From the NCBI GenBank assembly GCA_026416095.1, contig JAOAFV010000028.1, forward strand, positions 2,121 through 66,120: a DNA stretch of 64,000 nucleotides, read 5' to 3'. How positions within the stretch are numbered: the stretch's first letter is position 1; every line of letters starts with the position of its first letter. The notes beneath the pieces were generated by a model that ran no database searches, was not told the origin of the DNA, and was given only the letters and a program-made list of their open reading frames with translations. The position numbers and the translations under genes were made by a program. This document shows, in pieces, positions 9,384 to 18,170 of this stretch. This stretch comes from Bacteroidales bacterium. Its GTDB lineage: Bacteria > Bacteroidota > Bacteroidia > Bacteroidales > GWA2-32-17.

Positions 9384-11918
9384 TTATTTCTTTATTTTCT
9401 TTTTCTTTAATAGTAGTATTTTTATTGTTTTAATTAAATCGGAAGTTATTATTGGTTTCGAAAAAAAAGCAGAAAATCCATTTTCTAGATAATAATCTTT
9501 ATTTTGATAATTAACATAAGCAGTTTGAGCTATAAAAATACTATTATGATACTGAGGGAATTTTTCATTTATATTATTTAATAAGGTTATTCCATCCCAT
9601 TTATCGGGGAGGTTAATATCGATAATAACAACATCAAATGGTTTCGATTTAATTCGTATTTTTTCTAGTGCCTCAAAAGCATTGCTTGCTAGTTCAACTT
9701 TTCCTATAGTTTGTAAAACCTCTTTTAAAAACAAGCCATTAAAATAATCATCTTCAATTATTAATATCTCTATTTCATCAGCTATTTCTTCGTAAGATAA
9801 TAAGCTTTGCTCTTTTTCATTATAGGTATCGATTGGAAGATATATTGAAACCTTAGTACCAACATTTTTTTTGCTATAAATTTCTATAACACCTTTTAAT
9901 AATTCCAAATATCTTTTAACCAATGGCAATCCTATTCCTATACCTCGCTGAAATTTACTTATATCTACTTTATTAACATTAAAACTATCGAAAATATTAG
10001 GTAATAATTCTTCGTCTATACCTTCGCCACTGTCTTCAATAATAATTTTTATTTTGTTATTTGACTGAAGCATTAAGGTCGATATTTTTATATATCCTTT
10101 TGTTGTATGTTTTATTGAATTATCTAACAATTCATAAAAAATTTTTGTTAAAATATTTTTATCTGTTTTAATTATTATATTTTTATCTACATCAAGGTTA
10201 ATTTCTAAATTCTTTTCGTATATCTTATATTTAAAAATATCTATAACATTTTCTATTATTTCACTAACATTAACTTCGTCAATGTTAACATTTATTTCTT
10301 TACTTTCAGCTCTTTTAAAATCTATTGCATTATTTAGTATATTTAATAGCTTATTAGCATTATAGTGAATACCGTTTATAAGTATTTCGACATCTTTATT
10401 ATCCTTAAATTTTTCTTTTAATAATTCGTTCATGCCTAGTATTGCGCTCAGTGGTGTTCGTATTTCGTGATTAATATTCATTAAAAAAGCTTCTTTATAA
10501 GAATTGGCTTGTTCAAGACTTCTTTTTATTTCTTCAATAGTTTTTATTTTCTTTTCTTTTTCTTCTAATTCTTTTTGAAGAGTTAGTGTTCTTTCTTTTA
10601 CCTTATTTTCAAGTTCATTATTAAGCATTAATATTTCTTCGCCTGCTTTTTCAATTTGTTTATTTTTTTCTTCTATTAGTATTTTTTCTCTTTTTACAGA
10701 TTTATACCTTAATATAAGAACTGTAAAAACAAATAAAAGAATAATGATAATTAAAATAAAGACATATCTTCTTACAATTTCACTTTTGTATTTTTTCAAT
10801 ATTATTTGATTTTCGAGACGCATCTTTTCAACTTCTCTTTCTAATTGTTTTGTATTAACAATATATTCAAGATCATACATCTTTTTTACCTTATCGGCTG
10901 TCCATATACTATCTTCAAGAGCATACATTTTCTTAAAAAGTGTAACAACATTCTGATATTCTCCTTTTTTTTCAAGAAATTCTGATTCTAATTTATACAA
11001 TTTTAATTTTAATTTCTGATTATTTACTTTATTTATCATTTCTTTACACTCACTTATAATTTTATTAACTTCGCTCAAGCTATTATTAGCTAAATACACG
11101 TAACCCAATAGTATTTTTACATCTATTAAACCTTCAGTTATATTGTGAGCCTTATAAAAATTAATAGCTTTATTAAGATAATTTAAACATTTGTTGTAGT
11201 CTTTTAAAAAATAAAAACACTTAGAAATGTAAAAAAAATAATCTCCCTTAGTTTTATTATCTTGAATATTAGTAAGAAAATCTTCACTTTCTTTTAAAAT
11301 GCCAATTGCTTTTTTATAATTTTTCACAGAAATTAGCACATCCGACATTTTTAATAGAGTACCAACAATTTTATTATAATCGTTTTTGCTTTTATAATAA
11401 TGATAAGCTTTGTCGAAATAATTATAAGCTTGTGTATAATATCCTTGCTCTTTATTTAATATTCCAAAATGAAAATTGACAAAAGCAATTGTAGCATCGT
11501 TTTTTGACTTTTGAGAATAATAGTATGCCTTTTCATAATAATTCAATGCTTCCAGGTAAATATTTAACTTTGTATAAATGAAACCAATTTTACATAAAAC
11601 TCTTGCTAAGCCATCGTAATTAAGCTTTTTAGCATAATAGTTACGTAGTATATTGAGATATGGCATTGAATTTCTATAATCTGATTGTTCAATAAATAAG
11701 TCTGAAAGTATTTCATATAACATCATTAAATATTCAGAATCTTTTTCAGCTATTAATTTACGTTCAACTTCTTTGGCGATTAATATAGTTTTTTCAACGT
11801 CTTCAAAGTTTCTTTTTTCTAAGTTTTCAATAAAGGTTTTATAATTTAATGTATCGATATTAAAGCCAAAAGCTTGTGATATAAAAAAGCAACAACCTAT
11901 TACTACATTCAATAACAT
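9384..11918 (-). CDS. hybrid sensor histidine kinase / response regulator with N-terminal TPR-like sensor region
   Basis: TPR-like repeats (YYEKAYYYSQKS, NYFDKAYHYYKS), one TM helix (YVFILIIIILLFVFTVLIL), a coiled coil, H-box HEIRTPLSAILG, HATPase_c (GIGIGLPLVKRY), and a C-terminal receiver (DVVIIDINLPDKWDG). Confidence 0.9.
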   Translation of the reverse strand: MLLNVVIGCCFFISQAFGFNIDTLNYKTFIENLEKRNFEDVEKTILIAKEVERKLIAEKDSEYLMMLYEILSDLFIEQSDYRNSMPYLNILRNYYAKKLNYDGLARVLCKIGFIYTKLNIYLEALNYYEKAYYYSQKSKNDATIAFVNFHFGILNKEQGYYTQAYNYFDKAYHYYKSKNDYNKIVGTLLKMSDVLISVKNYKKAIGILKESEDFLTNIQDNKTKGDYFFYISKCFYFLKDYNKCLNYLNKAINFYKAHNITEGLIDVKILLGYVYLANNSLSEVNKIISECKEMINKVNNQKLKLKLYKLESEFLEKKGEYQNVVTLFKKMYALEDSIWTADKVKKMYDLEYIVNTKQLEREVEKMRLENQIILKKYKSEIVRRYVFILIIIILLFVFTVLILRYKSVKREKILIEEKNKQIEKAGEEILMLNNELENKVKERTLTLQKELEEKEKKIKTIEEIKRSLEQANSYKEAFLMNINHEIRTPLSAILGMNELLKEKFKDNKDVEILINGIHYNANKLLNILNNAIDFKRAESKEINVNIDEVNVSEIIENVIDIFKYKIYEKNLEINLDVDKNIIIKTDKNILTKIFYELLDNSIKHTTKGYIKISTLMLQSNNKIKIIIEDSGEGIDEELLPNIFDSFNVNKVDISKFQRGIGIGLPLVKRYLELLKGVIEIYSKKNVGTKVSIYLPIDTYNEKEQSLLSYEEIADEIEILIIEDDYFNGLFLKEVLQTIGKVELASNAFEALEKIRIKSKPFDVVIIDINLPDKWDGITLLNNINEKFPQYHNSIFIAQTAYVNYQNKDYYLENGFSAFFSKPIITSDLIKTIKILLLKKKKIKK

Positions 11919-12015
11919 AAATATCTTTTTAATTTTGACAAGACTTTAAAAATTTTGGTTTAAAGGTAATTTTTTTTTGACAAAAAAACAAAAATAAATG
12001 ACTAAAAAAATTTAG

Positions 12016-12087
12016 TGGCCCCACCAGGAATTGAACCTGGATTTGAAGTTTAGGAAACTTCCGTTCTATCCGTTGAACTATGGGGCC
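12016..12087 (-). tRNA. tRNA-Arg (anticodon CCT)
   Basis: Hand-folded cloverleaf, 72 nt: acceptor GGCCCCA/TGGGGCC, D-arm GTTC-AACGGATA-GAAC, anticodon arm GAAGT-TTCCTAA-ACTTC, T-arm CCAGG-TTCAATT-CCTGG, discriminator A. CCA is not encoded. Confidence 0.9.
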
Positions 12088-12090
12088 AAA

Positions 12091-13245
12091 TTATTTACTA
12101 AAAGTACGTTTTTCTATTACATTTCCATTTTCGTCCCATTCTGTCTTTTCTAAATAAACACCCTCTCTGAACAAAACTTCTTTTTTTTTCTTTCCATTTT
12201 CGTAATACCAAACATTTATTCCATCCATTTCATCGTTTACATAGTTTGCTTTAATTCTAATATTCCCATTAGAATAATAATATATCCAAGTTCCTTGCTT
12301 TTTTCCATTGACATAATACCCTTCTATTTTTTTATTACCATTGCTATACCAATATTCCCAATAGCCATCTTTTTTGCCATTTTTATAATAGCCCTTTAAC
12401 CCTTTTTGTCCATTTTCGAAGTAGCCAAAACATTGACCAGTGTATGGTTGCTCATCACCTTGCAGATATGCTAAAGAATCTTTTATTACTAATTGTTTAT
12501 GATCTACTCCCTGGGCAAAAGTTTTGTCGAGTAAACGCTGAAAGTATTTTTTTAAATTGTTTTGAAACATAGTATTTTCGCACAAACTGTTTCCTTTCTT
12601 ATCCAGAACATCTATTATAACTGTTATATTTTCAGGGAAAGAACAATAAGGACATCTAAACCACGACACCCATACTTCTGATTTAGGAGGTAAATCGTTT
12701 ATATTTAATTTTTTCCAACTAATATAATTTGATTTTATTTTATAATCTTTACCAAAATGTTCTTTTAAAATGTTAATAAAATTAACTGCATTTTGAATAT
12801 CACGCGTAGCAAAAGTCAGATATAATTGACTATGTTCGCTTTTTTTTGTTCTCCATTTTAATAAATCAATGTAATCGTAGGCAAGAGCGTCTATTTCCGA
12901 TAATAAAATTAATGAATCTTCAAGTTCTACATAAATAACTTCTTTTAAATTTAAAGACGAAATAGGTATGTATTCATCTTTATAACCTAAACAAGTGATT
13001 AATAAAGTATCTTTTAAATGTCTATTAGGAAAAGAAAATTCAAATTTTCCTTTATCATCGGTACTTGTTCCAAAAGGAGTATCTTTTATACGAACATTAG
13101 CTAGCGCAACAGGTTTCTTTTCTTTTTGGCTTATTACTATTCCTTTAACTTTATTCTTTTCTTCTTTTGATTGAGAGTATATAACATTATTGTTGCTTAT
13201 TAAGGTAATAAATAACAATATGTAAACTCTCATTAAGTTGGCCAT
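12091..13245 (-). CDS. secreted CarboxypepD_reg-like domain protein with C-terminal MORN-variant (YwqK-like) repeats
   Basis: Signal-like N-terminus. CarboxypepD_reg-like segment VKGIVISQKEKKPVALANVRIKDTPFGTSTDDKGKFEF. C-terminal repeats GYYKNGKKDGYWEYWYSNGNKKIEGYYVNGKKQGTWIYYYSNGN. Confidence 0.8.
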   Translation of the reverse strand: MANLMRVYILLFITLISNNNVIYSQSKEEKNKVKGIVISQKEKKPVALANVRIKDTPFGTSTDDKGKFEFSFPNRHLKDTLLITCLGYKDEYIPISSLNLKEVIYVELEDSLILLSEIDALAYDYIDLLKWRTKKSEHSQLYLTFATRDIQNAVNFINILKEHFGKDYKIKSNYISWKKLNINDLPPKSEVWVSWFRCPYCSFPENITVIIDVLDKKGNSLCENTMFQNNLKKYFQRLLDKTFAQGVDHKQLVIKDSLAYLQGDEQPYTGQCFGYFENGQKGLKGYYKNGKKDGYWEYWYSNGNKKIEGYYVNGKKQGTWIYYYSNGNIRIKANYVNDEMDGINVWYYENGKKKKEVLFREGVYLEKTEWDENGNVIEKRTFSK

Positions 13246-13269
13246 TCAGTTAATCTCAGAAATTATTTG

Positions 13270-13277
13270 CAAAAGTA
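13270..13277 (-). promoter_or_regulatory. -7 element (TACTTTTG on minus strand), 24 nt upstream of ATG 13245
   Basis: The plus strand reads CAAAAGTA, matching TAnnTTTG on the minus strand. Confidence 0.45.
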
Positions 13278-13297
13278 ATAAAGTTTTTCCAATATTC

Positions 13298-15553
13298 TTA
13301 TTCAAAAATTAAAGGTTTAAAATAATTTATTCCATCGCACTTTAACCTTATAAAATAGAACCCACTACCAAGGAGGCTATTTTTATTTATTTCAAACTTA
13401 TATGTACCAATATTAAACGATTGATTTTTAATAATACTTGCAACGCTCCGACCCATTAAATTTACAATATCAGCTTCAACATTACAGTTTTCAAATAATG
13501 TCAACGAAATAATTGCTTGGTTACTGGCTGGATTTGGAAATATTGAAAAATCGAATTTATCGGATATATAGCTACTTATACTTGTATAACTACCATTATC
13601 TATTACGATATCGTCGATATAGATGTTATTTCCACTATTACTTTTAAATTCAAATTTAAACTGAAAATTTGTTTGTTGCTGTGTTAAATAAACTTGAATA
13701 TTAATAGAATCTTGTTTCCAATCTGAAGGAGTTGGCCGAAAGCTTCCTTGAGTAGGATTAGCTGTTTGTAAATTTTGGCCCGATTTATTCCATTTTACAA
13801 TCCATGATTTTCCACAATTTGTTGAAACATATATCTTAAGAGCATCGTACGAGGTATCGGCATCTGTAAAGAATGTGCCAGGAATAATTTTACCAGCATA
13901 AGCATATTTGAATTTCAATTTTAAAGGAACCGAAGTGGTTGTCAAAGAAGTTAAATTTATGCCATAACTAATAAATGCATCGATACTATTTGGCGGATTC
14001 CCATTAAAATTTAAAACTCTTAACGATTTAGTTCCTGTTGCGGCTGCAGTATCGGTTATCTGCCACCCATTACCTCCATGATTTATAAAGTTATAAGCAT
14101 TATTTAAGCCATTTTCAAAACTTTCGTAATATGGTGCCATTTGAATAGTAGAAGGATCAACAACTTTAATAAAGTTTTGTTTTGTTATAGAATTTGAACC
14201 AGCACTATTACTAACAGTTAAAGTTACTGAATAAATTCCAGGCTGATTATACACAACTACTGGCGTAGGAGAAGTAGAGGTTTCAGGGTTACCACCAGGA
14301 AAATTCCATAAAATATTTTCAACAGGTCCATTGTACGAATCATTATAAAATGTCACATTATCACCTGGACAAATAACACTATAATTAGAATGAAAATCAG
14401 GTACAGGGGCACATATAACATTTTGTGTATCAAGAACACCTGTTGCTACTAAATTTTCGTACGACCATAAATTTTTCCTAATACCAGACAGCACAGCATC
14501 CATTCGTGCTTTTTGTCCATTTGTAAAAATATTCTGGCAATATCCCCATTGATAATCCATATAATTTTCAATCATGTCTGGTTCATCTGGATTTTCGTTA
14601 CATGTGTTAATAGAGCCAGGAGTATAACATTCTAAAGATGTATTTTGAGTAGCAGCGTTAACAGGGGGTGTATCACTTACTTCATCGCCATAAGGAGCAA
14701 GTATAGAAGGACAACCACTGGAAGCAGGAATAAGTCCAAGCATTAGATTCTGAAAAGTGTGATAAAGATTAAAATAATGGCCTATTTCATGAGTAAAAGT
14801 TCTATTAACTAAATTAATACCCATATTACCGGTGTTTGTAGCTGTACCAATAGTTCCTAAACAATCTGAACGAATAAGTACGCCATCAATGTCGGGGTCG
14901 CCACCAGTTAATGCTTGTGAAAGAGGATTATCTGGTGGGAATGGACTCATGCCACCAATAAATGCTCCTTCGGGTAAAGCAATTCCTTCTGGGTAAATAA
15001 AATTAACTGCAAATACATTTAGATACTTATCGGTGGGCCAATGGTATTGTTTCATCAAAGGAAAGTATGCCCAGTTTGTTCTATAATCAAAAATATGCTC
15101 AATACCATTAGTGCAATTTCCATTAGGATCTATTTTTGCTAATCTTAATTCAATAGCACAATTGGCTGCTCGTGGTTTAAATAAAGGATATGTTAATGCA
15201 GTATCAGCATTCTGTTTTGATAAATCTATATTAATCTTTTCTATTGCATCTTTTACTTGCTCGTCCGATATGTTATCAATACCATAAGTATGAATTACAT
15301 GAACAACCGTAGGTATTATTCTTTTACCGTTTATTAATGTGTCGGTTTTATTGATTATTTCGTCGAATTGTCTCTTCTCAATAAGTAGTTTAAATCTGTT
15401 TTCGTACTCGATATACTTGTTAATTATATCAGGATTTTCTGCTACTTTTTTTTGTAGTATCAGTTCGTCGGCTATGATTGGTTTAAAGTTCTGAGCTTTA
15501 ATCAAAAAGCAATTACTTATAATAATTAGAACTAATATATAATTCTTTATCAT
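13298..15553 (-). CDS. secreted M43-like (metzincin) zinc metalloprotease with PKD domain and T9SS type-A C-terminal sorting domain
   Basis: Zinc motif HEIGHYFNLYHTF. PKD-like module (PDFHSNYSVICPGDNVTFYNDS...YSVTLTVSNSAGS). C-terminal FSIFPNPASNQAIISL...FIRL sorting domain. Start moved to ATG 15553 (MIKNYILVLIIISNCFLIKAQN signal peptide) because a -7 element lies at 15571-15578 inside the track ORF (13298..15601). Confidence 0.85.
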   Translation of the reverse strand: MIKNYILVLIIISNCFLIKAQNFKPIIADELILQKKVAENPDIINKYIEYENRFKLLIEKRQFDEIINKTDTLINGKRIIPTVVHVIHTYGIDNISDEQVKDAIEKINIDLSKQNADTALTYPLFKPRAANCAIELRLAKIDPNGNCTNGIEHIFDYRTNWAYFPLMKQYHWPTDKYLNVFAVNFIYPEGIALPEGAFIGGMSPFPPDNPLSQALTGGDPDIDGVLIRSDCLGTIGTATNTGNMGINLVNRTFTHEIGHYFNLYHTFQNLMLGLIPASSGCPSILAPYGDEVSDTPPVNAATQNTSLECYTPGSINTCNENPDEPDMIENYMDYQWGYCQNIFTNGQKARMDAVLSGIRKNLWSYENLVATGVLDTQNVICAPVPDFHSNYSVICPGDNVTFYNDSYNGPVENILWNFPGGNPETSTSPTPVVVYNQPGIYSVTLTVSNSAGSNSITKQNFIKVVDPSTIQMAPYYESFENGLNNAYNFINHGGNGWQITDTAAATGTKSLRVLNFNGNPPNSIDAFISYGINLTSLTTTSVPLKLKFKYAYAGKIIPGTFFTDADTSYDALKIYVSTNCGKSWIVKWNKSGQNLQTANPTQGSFRPTPSDWKQDSINIQVYLTQQQTNFQFKFEFKSNSGNNIYIDDIVIDNGSYTSISSYISDKFDFSIFPNPASNQAIISLTLFENCNVEADIVNLMGRSVASIIKNQSFNIGTYKFEINKNSLLGSGFYFIRLKCDGINYFKPLIFE

Positions 15554-15570
15554 TTCGTTTATCTTTTTTG

Positions 15571-15578
15571 CAAATTTA
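15571..15578 (-). promoter_or_regulatory. -7 element (TAAATTTG on minus strand), 17 nt upstream of ATG 15553 (M43 protease)
   Basis: The plus strand reads CAAATTTA. It lies inside the longer track ORF, which supports the shorter start. Confidence 0.5.
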
Positions 15579-15950
15579 TAATAAAAAAAAATACCTATCA
15601 AACATTAAAAAAATTGTTATTTCAATTATGTGAAACTTTTGCAAAACCACCTCAAAATAATTTTTTTACAATAAATATAATTGAAAATTAATATTTTCCA
15701 AAATTGTATAAGACCTTTACAAAAATTTTTGCAAAGGTTTTTATGTATGTTTTGTAAAAGTATTTTTTTAAATCGTACAATTGCAGTTTGTTCAAATCAT
15801 TTAGTTACTTTCAGTTGTGTTGCATTGAAAGTCTAATTACAAGTTTATGTATATTTTTTAATAATATCGAATAATATAACTTAATCTAATTGCACAATAA
15901 TTTTGTTTAAAGCTATTTGGCTATAATTTTATTTTATTTTATTATTTAAG

Positions 15951-17354
15951 TTACTTTTTTATTATAGTTGCCTTATAAAGGTTATTTTTTGAAATTATAA
16001 CCACTTTATAAAGCCCAGCAACATAAACTTCTTTATTTGTTATTTTTATTAAATTATCTGTTTGAAATTTTTCATAAACTTTTTTACCGGTGTAATCATA
16101 AACATACACATAAAATTTATTACTAAAATCATTATTGATAAAAATAGATATTTCTGAATCAAAAGGATTAGGATAAGCAATGATATTTTGAACAGCTTTC
16201 GATAATTCATTAGTTGAAGAAGAAGAATAATATTCAATGTTAAAATTATCTACGATTAATATATTACCAAGCGAAGAAGATTGTTCTCCATACATGCCAG
16301 CTAAAAGAGTAATATTTAAAGTGTCGTAATTACTAATAGAATCGTGAAAAAGTATTTCATAATAAGTGTATTCATATGAAGCAGTTAATATACCAAATAT
16401 TGTGGTATCAATTATACCCTGATTAAATAAGCTAACTGCTACAAGGCCGAAATCGTTTTGAGTTTCAGGAAAGTATTTGTAGTAAAATGATAATTTTTTA
16501 GGGTTTGCATTTATTTTTAAGCCCCCGCCAATAAACTGGTTATTATATGTAAAATAGCCATTAGTTATAATACCAGCAGTATCACCCATCATTAGTTCAA
16601 CATTTTCAATTTTCATTGCATACTGCCCCGAATATGAATCGGTGGTTTTTGTAACAGATGGTATAGTCTTACATAAAAAATTTAGGCTTTCCCAACCTAT
16701 TGCTTCTTCTGTTTTAATTTCGAACCAATTTTCAAAACTATTATTTGGTAATTGAGCATTAGCATTAATGAGCTGAACATTATCAATAACAATATATGAA
16801 CCTTGTACTGGTGTACCTCCTGGAAGAGAAGACATAAAGACAACAATGATAGAATCTGGATTAAGTGGGCTCATGTAGGTAAATGGAGCAGAAAATCTAA
16901 TATATTGGGTTTGAACACCAGTTATTTTTTGAGAAACTACGCCAACAACTTGTCCATTATTTTTTAATAAAACCCCTATTAAAGCTGTATCGTTTGGTTG
17001 AATGTTATACTTAATAAAAGCTACTAACGAATCTGGCTTATCTGTATAAGGCATTCCTCCACTTATTCCATTATTACCAGGCTGGCCAATGAATGCCATA
17101 CCTTGTATTGGCCCCGATGGCGAAATTATTGTTTCTAAACGCAATGCATAAGAACCATTAACAGCATCGGTTGTTTTTATTACATTTCCCATACCTGCAT
17201 TTACGTATGCCATTAAATTAGAGGTATAATAGCCTCCTTCTGGTTCGTTATAATAAAACTTTTCGTACCATTCTTCAAAATCGTTATTAATAATTTGCTG
17301 CGAAAATACATTTAAACCTACAAATAACAGAAACATAATAAAACCTTTTCTCAT
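15951..17354 (-). CDS. secreted protein with two beta-rich modules (possibly PCMD-like) and T9SS type-A C-terminal sorting domain
   Basis: Signal peptide MRKGFIMFLLFVGLNVFSQ. Two modules each open with N-x-F-E-x-W (NNDFEEWYE, NNSFENWFE). C-terminal IIAYPNPFDSEISIFINN...YKVVIISKN is a Por-secretion tail. Confidence 0.78.
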   Translation of the reverse strand: MRKGFIMFLLFVGLNVFSQQIINNDFEEWYEKFYYNEPEGGYYTSNLMAYVNAGMGNVIKTTDAVNGSYALRLETIISPSGPIQGMAFIGQPGNNGISGGMPYTDKPDSLVAFIKYNIQPNDTALIGVLLKNNGQVVGVVSQKITGVQTQYIRFSAPFTYMSPLNPDSIIVVFMSSLPGGTPVQGSYIVIDNVQLINANAQLPNNSFENWFEIKTEEAIGWESLNFLCKTIPSVTKTTDSYSGQYAMKIENVELMMGDTAGIITNGYFTYNNQFIGGGLKINANPKKLSFYYKYFPETQNDFGLVAVSLFNQGIIDTTIFGILTASYEYTYYEILFHDSISNYDTLNITLLAGMYGEQSSSLGNILIVDNFNIEYYSSSSTNELSKAVQNIIAYPNPFDSEISIFINNDFSNKFYVYVYDYTGKKVYEKFQTDNLIKITNKEVYVAGLYKVVIISKNNLYKATIIKK

Positions 17355-17383
17355 AAAACAACATTTTTATATGTTTACAATGT

Positions 17384-17391
17384 CAAATGTA
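17384..17391 (-). promoter_or_regulatory. -7 element (TACATTTG on minus strand), 29 nt upstream of ATG 17354
   Basis: The plus strand reads CAAATGTA, matching TAnnTTTG on the minus strand. Confidence 0.45.
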
Positions 17392-17442
17392 TATGATATA
17401 TTTAAAATAAAAAAAAACATAATTCATAAAAGATATTAAAAA

Positions 17443-17982
17443 TTACTTTTTATAAAACTGCATAGCACCTTTATAGCCTAATTTACTCAAGTAACTTTCG
17501 GCATTGTTAAAACTCCATGTCAAAGATTTTTTCAGATAAAAATGATTATAATATAATAAAATCCAAAACATAGCAGAATCAATAAAATTTATTTCTCTTT
17601 GAGGTGATATTACAATTTTTGGGTCGGCACATTTAAAGAGTTCTTCAATAAACTTTTTTTTACCTAATTCACATGCTGAAATAAAATATATTCTGTTTCT
17701 GAATGTATTATTTTCGAAATCTTCTGCAAATATTGATCCTTTGGGTAATCGAATGCAATACCTGTCTAATTGCGAACTATATTCTCCATGAGCCGATATA
17801 TGAACATATTTAAAATTATAATATTTCAACCACTTTTTAAACTGTTTTTCTCTCTTTACATTTTTCAAAACAAAGAATTTGCTAAAATGAGTTTTCAGAA
17901 ATTCACATAAAATTAATGTTTCTTTTTTATCTTCTTTTTTGGGTATGCACTCTAAAAATAATATATTATTTGATGGCTTCAA
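17443..17982 (-). CDS. hypothetical protein with CHAT/caspase-like His-Cys dyad
   Basis: 179 aa. YVHISAHGE (His65-Gly66) and RIYFISACELG (Cys104) each follow a hydrophobic strand, within an alternating strand/helix pattern. TTG start, with no internal ATG until near the C-terminus. No clear promoter motif. Confidence 0.55.
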   Translation of the reverse strand: MKPSNNILFLECIPKKEDKKETLILCEFLKTHFSKFFVLKNVKREKQFKKWLKYYNFKYVHISAHGEYSSQLDRYCIRLPKGSIFAEDFENNTFRNRIYFISACELGKKKFIEELFKCADPKIVISPQREINFIDSAMFWILLYYNHFYLKKSLTWSFNNAESYLSKLGYKGAMQFYKK

Positions 17983-18034
17983 ATAGTTTCAATTTTTTTG
18001 CTAAAATAGTTACTTAAGTTTAATAAAAAAATAT

Positions 18035-18042
18035 TATTTTTG
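18035..18042 (+). promoter_or_regulatory. -7 element TATTTTTG upstream of the LtaS-like gene
   Basis: Exact TAnnTTTG match, located before the point (18057) where the LtaS frame opens. Confidence 0.4.
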
Positions 18043-18170
18043 AAACAAATAAATAGCAAAGTTTCCTGAAAAAAATTCCTGAACCATATAAAAAGTTACT
18101 AATCTTAACAATAATAAACTATTTAATTTTTTCGATTGTACGAATATTTTTTATAATATTTACAAATCAT

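Noticed and set aside
15602-15950. Recurring TTTGCAAA-like words in several intergenic regions, considered as a dispersed repeat or transcription-factor operator.
   Set aside because: These are explained by the Bacteroidota promoter elements (-33 TTTG and -7 TAnnTTTG) in an AT-rich background. No longer shared repeat unit was evident.
12016-17982. A tRNA-Arg-flanked genomic island carrying the secreted, T9SS and CHAT-like genes.
   Set aside because: I saw no integrase, recombinase or transposase and no direct repeat of the tRNA 3' end. The secreted genes lie on the 5' side of the tRNA rather than its 3' side. Composition looks the same as in the flanking core genes.
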